Positions 8,014 through 17,862 are shown, numbered from the stretch's first letter. The stretch is 64,000 bases of DNA from Candidatus Levyibacteriota bacterium (GCA_029260905.1 JAJDCH010000009.1:26498-90497), one strand, 5' to 3'. A program made the numbers and translations. The notes: a model not told the origin generated them from the sequence alone.

Positions 8014-10407
8014 CTACAGCCTAGCTCTTTCACCTATTTCACTCTCAACCAAATCAACGCTTTTACCATATTTAAGGCGGGATAATTCTGTTACAAGCTG
8101 TGCAACACGCTCATTCTTTATTGCCTTTTCTTTCTCAACGTCTTTGGTTGTATCAAGTGAAAATGGTGGAATTGGTTCCCCACCAACTATTGTTCTCATA
8201 TAAGCATTATATTTATCAATATTTATCAAGTCGTTTTCATTAAATGTCGGCTGAAACTCATGTTGAAGGTAGTTTGCATCTGTCACACCAACGCGGAATG
8301 ATGCAATAGTACCTACATTTCCAAAAATAGCATTTTTAATCTCCTCCTCCATTTGTCCAATAAACTGATTAGCAACAATCAGGTTCAAACGGTATTTTCG
8401 TGCCTCTGATAGGATTTGCGCGAAATCAGGAGTTGCGAAATTCTGAAACTCATCAACATAAAGGAAAAAGTCTTTCCTCTGGTCCATTGGCATATCCTGC
8501 CTACTCATAGCAGCAACCAAAATACGAGGAACAAGTATTAAGCCCAAGAAATTAGCATTTTCCTCACCAATTTTTCCTTTGGAAAGGTTGATAAGAAGTA
8601 TTTTTTTCTCATCCATTACCTTTCTAAAGTCAAAAGAACTTTTTGATTGACCAATTATGTTTCTGATCATTTTATTGGTAACAAAACGACCAAATTTTGA
8701 TGTGATGTAATCAAGAACTTCAGATTTGTGAAAATCAGATGTTTGAGCAATTTGATCTGTCCAATAACGTCTAATGATTGGATCCTCGACTTTTGGCAAA
8801 AGCTCCTGAACAAATGCCTGATCTGTCAAAACGCGGACAACCTCAATAAAAGTTGATCCTTCCTGATACATAACTGTCAACATCGCGTTTCTGACAGCGT
8901 GTTCAAATCTCGGTCCAACAATACCTGTTTTGTTTGGATCAAAAAGCTTATACATTAAACCGATAATTGAGTTGACCATGAAATGTTTTTGCTGCTCTGT
9001 CTTTGCCTCAAGCATATTAAAACCCATTGGTCTATCCATGTCTGAGGGATCAAAAAGAATAACTTCTTCTGCTCTTTTGGGTGGAATAAGTTGCAAAATG
9101 TCTTCAACCAAATCTCCATGAGGATCTATAACAGCAAGCCCCTCACCTGCATTAATATCCTGCATGATCATAGTTTTAAGAAACTCTGATTTTCCAGTAC
9201 CTGTTTTACCAACAATATATGAGTGCCGTCTCCTGTCATCAAGTCCAATAAAAACAGGTTTACTAATGCCCCTAAAACTGCTTTTTCCAAGATACAAACC
9301 CTCTGTCGCGATTTTGGATGAAACGGGCGCTCTTTTAGCTGTCAACCAATGAACACCAGGTGTTGTGACTCCTTTGTTTGGGAAATGGAAAATAGTTGCC
9401 AATTCCTCACTGGTCATAATTGAAGTCTGTCCCCAGATCGGGAAGTAACGATAAATAAAATCATTCATGAACCAGCCCTTAAACCATGTCCGTGTCTTAA
9501 TAAACGAACTGAGACCACTTGTGAACTGTCCAAATGCACCTTTAATATTGGTCAAATGGGATTTGGCATCCTGTTTTGTTTTAGCACAAACAACAATTCT
9601 GACAAGCGCTTCAAAACCAGGCTTTGTCAGTTTATTCTCAATTCCTTCAAGTTCCTTGCTGTCAGCTTTATAAGTTGCTTTCTCAGGATTTGCTTCATTT
9701 TTTTTGACAGTTCCAATATATGATCTTCCTGCATACTTCCAGTGGCTACTTGCTGGAGATACAACTATTTGTATAACTGCACCCTCCTCCTCTCTCATCT
9801 TGGCAAGAACTGATGTAATTGATGCGAGTGGATCGATTGGAAGTTCCTTAAAAACTCTAATCGGATGGTAATTTGATCCTCTTAATCTAAGGGATATAAA
9901 TTCAACCTTACCTTCTTCTGAGAAGATATTATATTCTGATCCAATCAGTGTGCCCTTTCTTTGTTTTGCAGCAGGATCTGTGACAGGTATTATTTCTGCA
10001 TCAGGATATGCGCCATTTATCTGTTTTTCAACAAAATCGCGGTATTTTTGATTAACATGAATATAGAATCTAATATCCCCTGGCATTCCAACAATTTCAA
10101 ATGCTACGTGAGGTTGTGGCTTAAAAAATATTAATTTATCAGAATGTTTTGTGATACGAAGAGCAGCAAGGCTTGCAAACATTTGTTCTGCTGCGTCTAT
10201 TTTTATTTCATTATCCCTTGGCACTGCTACTTGCAGAAGGACTGAATCAAGCGCGTCTGATTCACGCGTTCGATGTCTTATCCAGAGAAGAAAAACGTAG
10301 CCTGCTCCGTAAAAAATAAAGAACATTAAGCTAACGCTCACCACAATCCAGACAAGTGTTATTAAAAAACTAAATGGATCGTTTTGAATTAACTGCAACT
10401 GATCCAT
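8014..10407 (-). CDS. type IV secretion coupling-protein-like ATPase (VirD4/TraG/TraD family) with N-terminal TM hairpin
   Basis: Two N-terminal TM helices; Walker A YIVGKTGTGKSEF; AVIDPHGD; C-terminal FFLYVDEFQNFATP...RKYRLNLIVANQFIGQM resembling the TraG-D_C region; Walker B ILLINLSKG. About 350 extra aa lie between the TM hairpin and the NTP-binding domain. Confidence 0.55.
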   Translation of the reverse strand: MDQLQLIQNDPFSFLITLVWIVVSVSLMFFIFYGAGYVFLLWIRHRTRESDALDSVLLQVAVPRDNEIKIDAAEQMFASLAALRITKHSDKLIFFKPQPHVAFEIVGMPGDIRFYIHVNQKYRDFVEKQINGAYPDAEIIPVTDPAAKQRKGTLIGSEYNIFSEEGKVEFISLRLRGSNYHPIRVFKELPIDPLASITSVLAKMREEEGAVIQIVVSPASSHWKYAGRSYIGTVKKNEANPEKATYKADSKELEGIENKLTKPGFEALVRIVVCAKTKQDAKSHLTNIKGAFGQFTSGLSSFIKTRTWFKGWFMNDFIYRYFPIWGQTSIMTSEELATIFHFPNKGVTTPGVHWLTAKRAPVSSKIATEGLYLGKSSFRGISKPVFIGLDDRRRHSYIVGKTGTGKSEFLKTMIMQDINAGEGLAVIDPHGDLVEDILQLIPPKRAEEVILFDPSDMDRPMGFNMLEAKTEQQKHFMVNSIIGLMYKLFDPNKTGIVGPRFEHAVRNAMLTVMYQEGSTFIEVVRVLTDQAFVQELLPKVEDPIIRRYWTDQIAQTSDFHKSEVLDYITSKFGRFVTNKMIRNIIGQSKSSFDFRKVMDEKKILLINLSKGKIGEENANFLGLILVPRILVAAMSRQDMPMDQRKDFFLYVDEFQNFATPDFAQILSEARKYRLNLIVANQFIGQMEEEIKNAIFGNVGTIASFRVGVTDANYLQHEFQPTFNENDLINIDKYNAYMRTIVGGEPIPPFSLDTTKDVEKEKAIKNERVAQLVTELSRLKYGKSVDLVESEIGERARL

Positions 10408-10409
10408 AC

Positions 10410-10931
10410 TTACTCTTCCACCTTCCTTTCTTTTACTGAAAAATTAAAAACCTTCCACTGCTCAAGAATAAGCGTTGCAAGCCATCTCAACCCACTTCTT
10501 ATCTTGGATTTCTTTTGCGCAATGGTTGCATCTTCAAAACTCATCGGCAAATCTGGCTTTTGCTGATCATCAATAATAGCAAGCTCCATTGGCGCATTTT
10601 CATCAGTCAACACAACCCCAAGCTCCTCAATATCCTCAGGTAGAGAATTTGATAGACTGTCTGGTCCAGGTTTTACAAATTCTGAAACCTCAGGTGATAT
10701 AACTGCTTCAGATTTTGATTCCTCAACGATTTTCTGCTTTTCCACCTTAGCATCAACTGATATTGGATCATGTTCTGGGTGAACTGAGGCAGGCACAGTT
10801 GGTTTATCAACCAATGATTCTTTCGGTGTATTTGAAACCTCTTGTACGGGTCGATCCGCAATAGGTGTTGGCGCCTGCATTCTAGTTCCAACCTTGCCTT
10901 GAACTGATTGTGTCTGAGTGCTATTGTCCAT
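10410..10931 (-). CDS. hypothetical acidic/Pro-rich protein, translationally coupled to the downstream coupling ATPase
   Basis: Stop lies 2 nt from the start of the 8014..10407 gene; low-complexity N-terminal two thirds. Confidence 0.35.
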   Translation of the reverse strand: MDNSTQTQSVQGKVGTRMQAPTPIADRPVQEVSNTPKESLVDKPTVPASVHPEHDPISVDAKVEKQKIVEESKSEAVISPEVSEFVKPGPDSLSNSLPEDIEELGVVLTDENAPMELAIIDDQQKPDLPMSFEDATIAQKKSKIRSGLRWLATLILEQWKVFNFSVKERKVEE

Positions 10932-11018
10932 AAGATCATATTATCACGAAGGAGTAATATGTAGCAATTTCAGCTAAAGGTTGATCACCTACTTTACAAA
11001 ATTAAGCTAAAAATATCT

Positions 11019-11186
11019 TTATAAAACTTCCCCTGGCTTCCAGCCACAGTCAGGACACGCAGTTATGTCTCCAACCATGATTTTCTGATAATCATCATTA
11101 TCTGCGCTCCAGCGACAGCGCAGACAAATTATCTTAAAACACTCTTCACATTCTTCTTTATTTACTGTTTGTTTAATAATGTCCAT
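11019..11186 (-). CDS. small zinc-ribbon protein (55 aa), not in the ORF track
   Basis: Manual translation MDIIKQTVNKEECEECFKIICLRCRWSADNDDYQKIMVGDITACPDCGWKPGEVL has two CxxC pairs. Confidence 0.3.
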   Translation of the reverse strand: MDIIKQTVNKEECEECFKIICLRCRWSADNDDYQKIMVGDITACPDCGWKPGEVL

Positions 11187-11232
11187 AACTACTTAGCAAT
11201 AAAAACAATCGGATAATTGAACAATGCTTGGC

Positions 11233-11772
11233 CTACCTCTTAACCCAAATCTTCTCTTTTTTCTTTTCCAAAGAATTGGCATATCTTGCCATTGTAAAAA
11301 GGAGATCAGACAAGCGATTAAGATAAATAACGATATTTTTATCGATTTTTTCTTTCCCAGACATTTTTATAACTGCTCTCTCAGCCCTTCTAGCAACTGT
11401 ACGCGCAATATGAAGATGCGCACCGGTCAATCCTCCACCCGGCAGAATAAAGTTCTTTAGATCAGGCAGTTTCCCTGTCATCTTATCAATCAATTTTTCA
11501 AATTCTCCCACCCGTCCATCAACACCCTCAACGGGAAGTGGGTGTGGCATAGCAAGAGCTGAACCTATTTCAAACAAGTCATGTTGAATCCCCTCAAGTT
11601 CTGTTCTTAGTTCTTTGTTCTTGGTTCCCAGTTGCGCGATGGCAACTCCAATTACAGAATTCAACTCGTCAATTGTCCCATACGCACCAACTCGCACATG
11701 ATATTTAGGAACTCTCGTCCCATCAAAAAGCGAGGTCTTTCCTTTATCTCCTGTTCGTGTATAAATCGGCAT
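11233..11772 (-). CDS. ATP:cob(I)alamin adenosyltransferase, PduO type
   Basis: N-terminal MPIYTRTGDKGKTSLFDGTRVPKYHVRVGAYGTIDELNS is the PduO/MMAB signature. Confidence 0.75.
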   Translation of the reverse strand: MPIYTRTGDKGKTSLFDGTRVPKYHVRVGAYGTIDELNSVIGVAIAQLGTKNKELRTELEGIQHDLFEIGSALAMPHPLPVEGVDGRVGEFEKLIDKMTGKLPDLKNFILPGGGLTGAHLHIARTVARRAERAVIKMSGKEKIDKNIVIYLNRLSDLLFTMARYANSLEKKKEKIWVKR

Positions 11773-11775
11773 AAA

Positions 11776-11900
11776 ACAAAAAATCCTAATATCTAAACCC
11801 TAAACACTAAACAAATATTAATATCAAAATTCTAAAACTCAAATGATTTTTTTAATTTGGGTTTTGATATTGTTTAGAAATTAGAAATTAGAACTTAGGA
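11776..11900. repeat. long AT-rich imperfect inverted repeat (about 55-nt arms) between the nrdJ stop and the adenosyltransferase start
   Basis: Arm 11781-11842 and the reverse complement of 11857-11905 share AAATCCTAA...CTAAACAA(TA)TATCAAAA; the ends pair (AAATCCTAA / TTAGGATTT). Confidence 0.3.
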
Positions 11901-11901
11901 T

Positions 11902-14391
11902 TTAACACGCTGAGTATCCACAAGCTACACATTTCTGGCAGCCTTCCTGGTATGCAAGGGTTCCAGATCCGCATTCAGGACAAATATCAAATAGATTGGT
12001 GCTTGATGATGAACCTGCATCTGCTGTAAGTGGAAGCTGTTGAGTAACTGCAATTTTTTCTGCCTCGTCAACAGGTGCTGCATCTTTCATAACTTGCCCC
12101 CCAGCATAACCATTTGAAATACCATTTCCATTACTATGACCATTTGTTGCTCCATTTCCATTTGTTGCATGGTCTTCTGCATCGCTACTTTCTGGCTTGA
12201 GAGTTATCCTATCCTCTACTTTTCCATTCACGCGGAAACTATAATGTCTTGCCAGTACTTTCGCGACAGCATCTGGAAGTGAACGGACTTTATTTTCACC
12301 AAATCCAATACTTCTTGATCCACCGATTCCTGAAAGCTCAGATATAATCTCTCTTATCCTCTCCCTTGCAGGAACAGGGCTATAAATACGAAGCACAAAA
12401 GAAATCATGCGTCCAAGCGCATCAACCAAAGCCATCAAATCTGATCCAGATTTTCCATGATTTATAAACACCTCAAATAAATCATCCTTTTCATCATGAT
12501 TCAAAGTCATATACATTTTTCCTGAAGGGCTATCTGATTTGTATGTTGTTCCTGTCAACATCGCAGGACGCGGTACTCTTGGAGTTACCGGAATTTGTGG
12601 TTTTTGAATTTCAACTTTTTCTTCTTTTTTATCCTCAACTCTTGAAAGAACACCTGTTCTTGAACCATCTCTAAAATAAGTTACACCCTTTAACCCCATG
12701 TCATAACTAAGTTCATAAAGTTTTTTTACATCTTTTACTGTATGTTCATTTGGCGCATTTACTGTTTTGGAAATCGATGAATCTATATATTCCTGGGCAA
12801 TTGCCTGTACTTTTACATGATCCTCGGGTGTTAAATCATTTGCTGAGACAAAAAATCCTGGTCTTTCCTCATCGGGATGTGTTTCTTTCCATGAGTCAAA
12901 CAATGGATGATAAATCTTATGCTCACCCAGTCTGTCAGTACGTAAAAATTCAAACTCATAAACAGGCTCAACTCCCGATGAAACACCTGATATAAGTGAT
13001 GTAGTGCCCGTTGGAGCAATTGTCAAAAGAACTGCATTTCTGATGCCTTGTTTGTGAATCTTTTCTCTTATTGATTTGGGGAGAGCTTTAATGTGATAAC
13101 CTTTTTGATATTTGTCGCGGTCATATTTGGGGAAAACACCTTTTTCTTTTGCCAAATCAGCACTTGCTGTATAAGCGTTATCTCTCAAGGTTGAAAAGAT
13201 TTTATTCAGAACAGGTACTGATTCCTCAGCGCCATATCTTATTTTCATCTTAATAAGAGCATCAGCAAGACCAAGTATTCCAAGACCAGTTCTTCTAATA
13301 TCTTTTGCGATTTTTTCATTCTCAGAGAAAAAATAATGAGTATCATCAATGACATTGTCCAAGAATCTCATTGCCACTCTGACATCCTTGCCAAACTGTT
13401 CATAATCAAACCAGCCTGCCTTATCATTCTTCAAATCATCATCTTTTACATAAGCAGACAGATTCATTGCACCAAGGTTACAAACAGCCCATGCGCCAAG
13501 TGGCTGCTCACCACAAGGATTTGTTGCCAGAAGTTTCTCAAAATACCAGGTGTTTGATCTTTTATTGGATCTGTCCAAGAAATGAAGTCCAGGTTCTGCT
13601 GATCTCCAAGCAGCTTTACAAATAAGATCCCAAAGATATGATGCTTTAATTGTTTTATAAACCTTAACTTTTCCACCCTTTTTCTTCCAATCATGGATAT
13701 CTCCATTCCAGTTTTTGTCATATTTGGGATCATCAAGATCAGGATACATCAAATCCCAATCTGCATCTTTTTTCAAAGCTTCCATAAATGCGTCTGATAC
13801 ACAGACAGATAAATTCGCTCCATTTATTTTGGTCAGATCCTCCTTTACAGTTATGAACTCTTCAACGTCGGGGTGCCAATCATGAATCATAAGCATCAAT
13901 GCTCCTCTTCGTGATCCACCCTGTTGGACAATATCTTTTGTTGCTAGAGAATAAAGCTCAGCCCAGTTCATAGGACCAGATGAGAAACCATTGACTTTTT
14001 TTACCCTTGCGCCTCTTGGACGAAGACCTGAAAGATTAAGGCCAACTCCGCCACCATGTGCCATGATTTCAATCATTTGGGTTAGATTTTGCATGATTCC
14101 GCCCCTTGAATCAGGAGGATTGGGGATAACAAAACAATTAAAATAAGTGACATCAAATCCCGTTCCCGCACCAGCCAAGATACGTCCACCTGGCAAAAAC
14201 TTGAAACCATCCATCACATCATAAAATTCTTTCTCCCATTTCTTTTGATCTTTTTTCTTTTCAACACCAGCAATGCCCTTTGCAACTCTCTTCCACATCT
14301 CATCAGGTGTTTTTTCAAGCGAATTACCCTCTTTATCTTTCAGAGAATATCTATCTAAAAATACTTTTTGTCTTACTCCGTCTAATTTCAT
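11902..14391 (-). CDS. nrdJ: ribonucleoside-diphosphate/triphosphate reductase, class II, adenosylcobalamin-dependent
   Basis: FLPGGRILAGAGTG, active-site NPCGEQPL, C-terminal Cys zinc ribbon (CPECGSG...CQKCVACG); 829 aa; next to a B12 adenosyltransferase and nrdR. Confidence 0.85.
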   Translation of the reverse strand: MKLDGVRQKVFLDRYSLKDKEGNSLEKTPDEMWKRVAKGIAGVEKKKDQKKWEKEFYDVMDGFKFLPGGRILAGAGTGFDVTYFNCFVIPNPPDSRGGIMQNLTQMIEIMAHGGGVGLNLSGLRPRGARVKKVNGFSSGPMNWAELYSLATKDIVQQGGSRRGALMLMIHDWHPDVEEFITVKEDLTKINGANLSVCVSDAFMEALKKDADWDLMYPDLDDPKYDKNWNGDIHDWKKKGGKVKVYKTIKASYLWDLICKAAWRSAEPGLHFLDRSNKRSNTWYFEKLLATNPCGEQPLGAWAVCNLGAMNLSAYVKDDDLKNDKAGWFDYEQFGKDVRVAMRFLDNVIDDTHYFFSENEKIAKDIRRTGLGILGLADALIKMKIRYGAEESVPVLNKIFSTLRDNAYTASADLAKEKGVFPKYDRDKYQKGYHIKALPKSIREKIHKQGIRNAVLLTIAPTGTTSLISGVSSGVEPVYEFEFLRTDRLGEHKIYHPLFDSWKETHPDEERPGFFVSANDLTPEDHVKVQAIAQEYIDSSISKTVNAPNEHTVKDVKKLYELSYDMGLKGVTYFRDGSRTGVLSRVEDKKEEKVEIQKPQIPVTPRVPRPAMLTGTTYKSDSPSGKMYMTLNHDEKDDLFEVFINHGKSGSDLMALVDALGRMISFVLRIYSPVPARERIREIISELSGIGGSRSIGFGENKVRSLPDAVAKVLARHYSFRVNGKVEDRITLKPESSDAEDHATNGNGATNGHSNGNGISNGYAGGQVMKDAAPVDEAEKIAVTQQLPLTADAGSSSSTNLFDICPECGSGTLAYQEGCQKCVACGYSAC

Positions 14392-14400
14392 AATTTTATT

Positions 14401-14877
14401 TTAAATTACTCGACTGCCCAGCTCTGTCTTGCTGGTCAAACGCCTTATTTCTTTTTCAAAATCTTCAGGATCTACAAATTGTTTGAACACACTTGCAAAT
14501 CTTATATAGGCCACTTTATCCAGTTTTTTAAGCTTCTTGGCAACCATGTCTCCTATGATCTTGCTTTCAACTTCCAGAGTATCAAGGCTCAAAAGAGTTC
14601 TTGTGATATCTGTGACAATCATTTCTATCGTATCAGCAGATATTTCTGTTTTCTCACAAGCCTTAAGAATTCCCCCTTTTAACTTTTCCCTGCTGAATTG
14701 CTCTCTTTTATTATCTTTCTTTATTACAGTCAGCTGGATGTTTTCAATTCTCTCATAAGTAGTAAAACGCTTTGAACAGGCTAGACAAGATCTTCTTCTT
14801 CTTATCGTATCCATATCCGCGCTTTCACGAGTTTCAACTACTTCTGATTCTTTGGTTCCGCAATAAGGACAATGCAT
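14401..14877 (-). CDS. nrdR: transcriptional repressor NrdR
   Basis: MHCPYCGTKESEVVETRES...CLACSKRFTTYE zinc ribbon plus ATP-cone; immediately upstream of nrdJ. Confidence 0.85.
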   Translation of the reverse strand: MHCPYCGTKESEVVETRESADMDTIRRRRSCLACSKRFTTYERIENIQLTVIKKDNKREQFSREKLKGGILKACEKTEISADTIEMIVTDITRTLLSLDTLEVESKIIGDMVAKKLKKLDKVAYIRFASVFKQFVDPEDFEKEIRRLTSKTELGSRVI

Positions 14878-15129
14878 AATTTAGCTTCAGCTACCTACAG
14901 CCAACTGTCAGATTGATTTTGATTCTAATAGCTAAAAGCTAAAGACCAACAGTCAACTTGCATGTAGTGTCACAAAAATCATATGCCACTAAATCTTGGG
15001 TGTCAACTATAAATTTGTATATCAAAAAGGATCAGTAGCCTTGTATGAATAATTTTTCTATATTGTTTTCTTACAATTGAAAAATAGGTGTTTAAAAAAA
15101 TAGATCAATAAATCAAACAAATGCCTTTT

Positions 15130-15681
15130 TTAGCTACCAAATTCTTCGACCCTTTTTCTTTGATCTTTAAGCTTTCTTTCTATTTCTTCAAATTTTTTAT
15201 TTTCTTTCTCTGAAAACTTAGTTTTCATAACACCCAATACTTCAATATATTTGGCATTTGCTTGATAAAGGTTGTTCTTAATGATCTGCATTTCCTCTTT
15301 TTCTCCTCTCTCGGATTTTGCCTCCTCCAATGCTTTTTCATAATATGAAAGCGCCATGGAGAAGGTTTGAACAGATCTATCAACTTCTTTCTTGTCAAAC
15401 AAAAGCCTTGATCCTTCAACATATTTATCTGCTCGAAGCAGGCTAAATTCCGCTTTTTTGACAGGATTTGTTATTAAAAAAGAAATAATATTATCCCGAA
15501 CTGCTTTAAGAAAATATAAAGGATCCCCCGGAAGAAGCCCTGGATAGGCTAGCGCATATTCTACAGGCCTAGCAGATTGAGACGATTCAACAACTTCAAC
15601 AACGCCTTCATTGGCAAGAGAAGCATTTGTTCCAATAGTTAAGAATAGAAATAAAACAGCAATTAAAATTTTCTTAAACAT
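15130..15681 (-). CDS. secreted hypothetical protein (signal peptide, coiled-coil C-terminus)
   Basis: N-terminal MFKKILIAVLFLFLTIGTNASLA signal peptide; GLLPGDPLYFLK motif. Confidence 0.4.
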   Translation of the reverse strand: MFKKILIAVLFLFLTIGTNASLANEGVVEVVESSQSARPVEYALAYPGLLPGDPLYFLKAVRDNIISFLITNPVKKAEFSLLRADKYVEGSRLLFDKKEVDRSVQTFSMALSYYEKALEEAKSERGEKEEMQIIKNNLYQANAKYIEVLGVMKTKFSEKENKKFEEIERKLKDQRKRVEEFGS

Positions 15682-15698
15682 AAATTTATGGGGCAGAT

Positions 15699-16283
15699 TT
15701 AGACTCTTTGGGAATCAATTATATCATTTATCTTTTTTACTGCAATATCAAGCATTCCATTATCATTTAACACCACGTGATCGTAGTCTTTTTTTTGTTC
15801 CATTTCCCACTCAACAGGCGCGTTATCAAATCTTTTTGCTCCATCTTCTTCTCCATCTGCTTTTATAACACGTATTCTTAAATCATTGATGTCAGATACT
15901 GTCAAAAAAACAAAAACTGCTTGGGGAATCATTCTTTCAATCTGCTCCCGAACATTTTTAACGCCTTGTGTTTCGATTTTCCAAATAACATCTATTCCCT
16001 TTTCAAGAAGCGGCAGAAGATCATCTTTTTGAGTACCATAATATTCCTTCCTAAATTCAACATACTCAAAAAAGGCATCTTCTTTAATTTTTCGTTCAAA
16101 GTCCAAACGCGTCAAAAAATGATATGGCTCTGCCTCTTTTTCTCCTTTTCTTTTGGGACGTGTTGTGGTGGTTATTACTCTTTTGAAATTGGGATTAATA
16201 CTAAGCAATTTTTCAATTACCGCATCCTTTCCTACACCTGTTGGGCCTGTTAAGACAAGTAAAACGCCTTTTTTATCTGTCAT
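15699..16283 (-). CDS. gmk: guanylate kinase
   Basis: P-loop VLLVLTGPTGVGKD, then ITTTTRPKRKGE...YHF and YYGT. Start placed at the internal Met (MTDKK) so the gene abuts rather than overlaps gap; the track ORF extends to 16328. Confidence 0.7.
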   Translation of the reverse strand: MTDKKGVLLVLTGPTGVGKDAVIEKLLSINPNFKRVITTTTRPKRKGEKEAEPYHFLTRLDFERKIKEDAFFEYVEFRKEYYGTQKDDLLPLLEKGIDVIWKIETQGVKNVREQIERMIPQAVFVFLTVSDINDLRIRVIKADGEEDGAKRFDNAPVEWEMEQKKDYDHVVLNDNGMLDIAVKKINDIIDSQRV

Positions 16284-16284
16284 A

Positions 16285-17397
16285 TTATTGTTGTGGAGGA
16301 GTTCCGCCCTGATCTGTGTTTTCCTCACTTACAGGAGTAGAAGGAGCTGATTCTGATGCTTTTTGTCCAACCATTATTGTCTCCTCAATAAGCCTATTAG
16401 CATAACCATATTCATTATCATACCAGGCAATTACTTTTGCCATAGTCCCGCCAACAACTTGTGTGAGCGACAAGTCAACAATTGACGAGTGAGAATTGCC
16501 AATAATATCACTGGAGACAACAGGTTCATCTGTTACAGCCAAAATCCCCTTAAATACTGGATTTTCAGCCTCTTCCCGTAGCGCATTGTTGATCTCATCG
16601 GCTGTTGTTTCTTTCTTAAGAAGAAAAGTAAAATCAGACAAAGACCCAACAGGAACAGGAACACGAACTGACAGTCCTCCAAATATTCCCTTCAATGCAG
16701 GAAACGCCTCACCTGCTGCAATTGTCGCACCAGTTGATGTTGGAACTATGTTTTGTCCTGCTGCTCTTCCTCTTCTATAGTCTTTATGTCCTCCATCAAT
16801 AAGTCTTTGATCTGATGTATAACCATGAATTGTTGTCATCATGGCTTTCTCTATCCCGAAATGCTCCTCCATTACTTTGGCAACCGGAGTAATACAATTA
16901 GTAGTGCATGATGCATTGCTGATCATGTTCTCACCCTTATATTCATGATCATTTACAGAAATTACATAGGTAGACATCTCCCCACCCTTTGCAGGAGCTG
17001 AAAGCACTACTGATTTTGCCCCAGCTGTCAGATGCGCCTGAGCCTTGTCAGCTGTGACAAAGTGTCCCGTTGACTCAATCACCACATCAACGCTGTGCTC
17101 TTCCCATGGAAGAAGTGTTGGGTCTTTTTGTGAATAAACAGGAATATCTTTTCCATCAACCACTAAGTGCCCAAGCATTGTTTTATCTTCAGCATTTGGA
17201 TTGGGCTTAACTGATATTTCCTGTGGGAGAAGACCATAAACACTATCGTATTTGAGAAGATACATCCAGCCCTGAAGATCTGTTGAATGACCTGCGTTAA
17301 TCGCAACTACTTCAACTTCATCTGTATGCCATTGAAGTATAACCCGATGTGCTATTCTTCCTATTCTTCCATAACCATTTATCGCTACTTTTATCAT
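16285..17397 (-). CDS. gap: glyceraldehyde-3-phosphate dehydrogenase
   Basis: MIKVAINGYGRIGR and SNASCTTNCITPVAKV (catalytic Cys); Pro/Thr-rich C-terminal tail. Confidence 0.85.
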   Translation of the reverse strand: MIKVAINGYGRIGRIAHRVILQWHTDEVEVVAINAGHSTDLQGWMYLLKYDSVYGLLPQEISVKPNPNAEDKTMLGHLVVDGKDIPVYSQKDPTLLPWEEHSVDVVIESTGHFVTADKAQAHLTAGAKSVVLSAPAKGGEMSTYVISVNDHEYKGENMISNASCTTNCITPVAKVMEEHFGIEKAMMTTIHGYTSDQRLIDGGHKDYRRGRAAGQNIVPTSTGATIAAGEAFPALKGIFGGLSVRVPVPVGSLSDFTFLLKKETTADEINNALREEAENPVFKGILAVTDEPVVSSDIIGNSHSSIVDLSLTQVVGGTMAKVIAWYDNEYGYANRLIEETIMVGQKASESAPSTPVSEENTDQGGTPPQQ

Positions 17398-17446
17398 TAC
17401 ATTAAAGTATTACATCTTTTAACTGGTAGATCAAGGGGAGAACTTA

Positions 17447-17782
17447 TTATGCAGCAACTGCTTTCTCTTTTGACTCAAGAGACGATTGCGCATTTTTAAT
17501 AGCTATTAATTTTTGACCTAGAAGATTCAAAGGATCAAGTTTGCTCTCTGGGATATCTTCTCTTGAAAAACCCTGACTTATCCCCGTACTTAACTCTTCT
17601 CGTTTTCTGAAGTGAGTTATAAGACCTTTGACAACCCTTTCTTCTTCTGCTTCTAAAATCTTTCGCTTTTCGTCTATGCCAGTATCTGGCCCCTGTTTTT
17701 GAAGCAGGCTATTCACATATTCCTTTGCAAGGCGTGCATCCCCTTGCGAATTCTCACCCCCAGTAGATCCTTCGTTGTCCAT
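17447..17782 (-). CDS. hypothetical protein
   Basis: Open frame, no recognisable motif. Confidence 0.3.
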   Translation of the reverse strand: MDNEGSTGGENSQGDARLAKEYVNSLLQKQGPDTGIDEKRKILEAEEERVVKGLITHFRKREELSTGISQGFSREDIPESKLDPLNLLGQKLIAIKNAQSSLESKEKAVAA

Positions 17783-17862
17783 ATTAAAAACTTCTCATGA
17801 ATACAGTCTTTTGTCAAGACCTAGACAAAAGACGCAAACCGTTGTTATACTGACTTGTCCTC

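Noticed and set aside
11776-11900. AT-rich repetitive stretch considered as a possible CRISPR array or miniature inverted-repeat element
   Set aside because: It is a single imperfect inverted repeat, not regularly spaced direct repeats. There are no spacers and no cas genes.
12750-13736. Short track ORFs on both strands inside nrdJ (12750-12995, 12831-13019, 13336-13557, 13464-13736), and similar ones inside other long genes
   Set aside because: They lie entirely within well-supported long CDSs and have no motifs. Treated as frame noise.
14878-15129. Searched upstream of nrdR-nrdJ for NrdR boxes and a cobalamin riboswitch B12 box
   Set aside because: No convincing 16-bp NrdR palindrome pair and no GCCACTG-type B12 box was found. 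The only partial palindromes are AT-rich and ambiguous. Needs a covariance-model or PWM scan.
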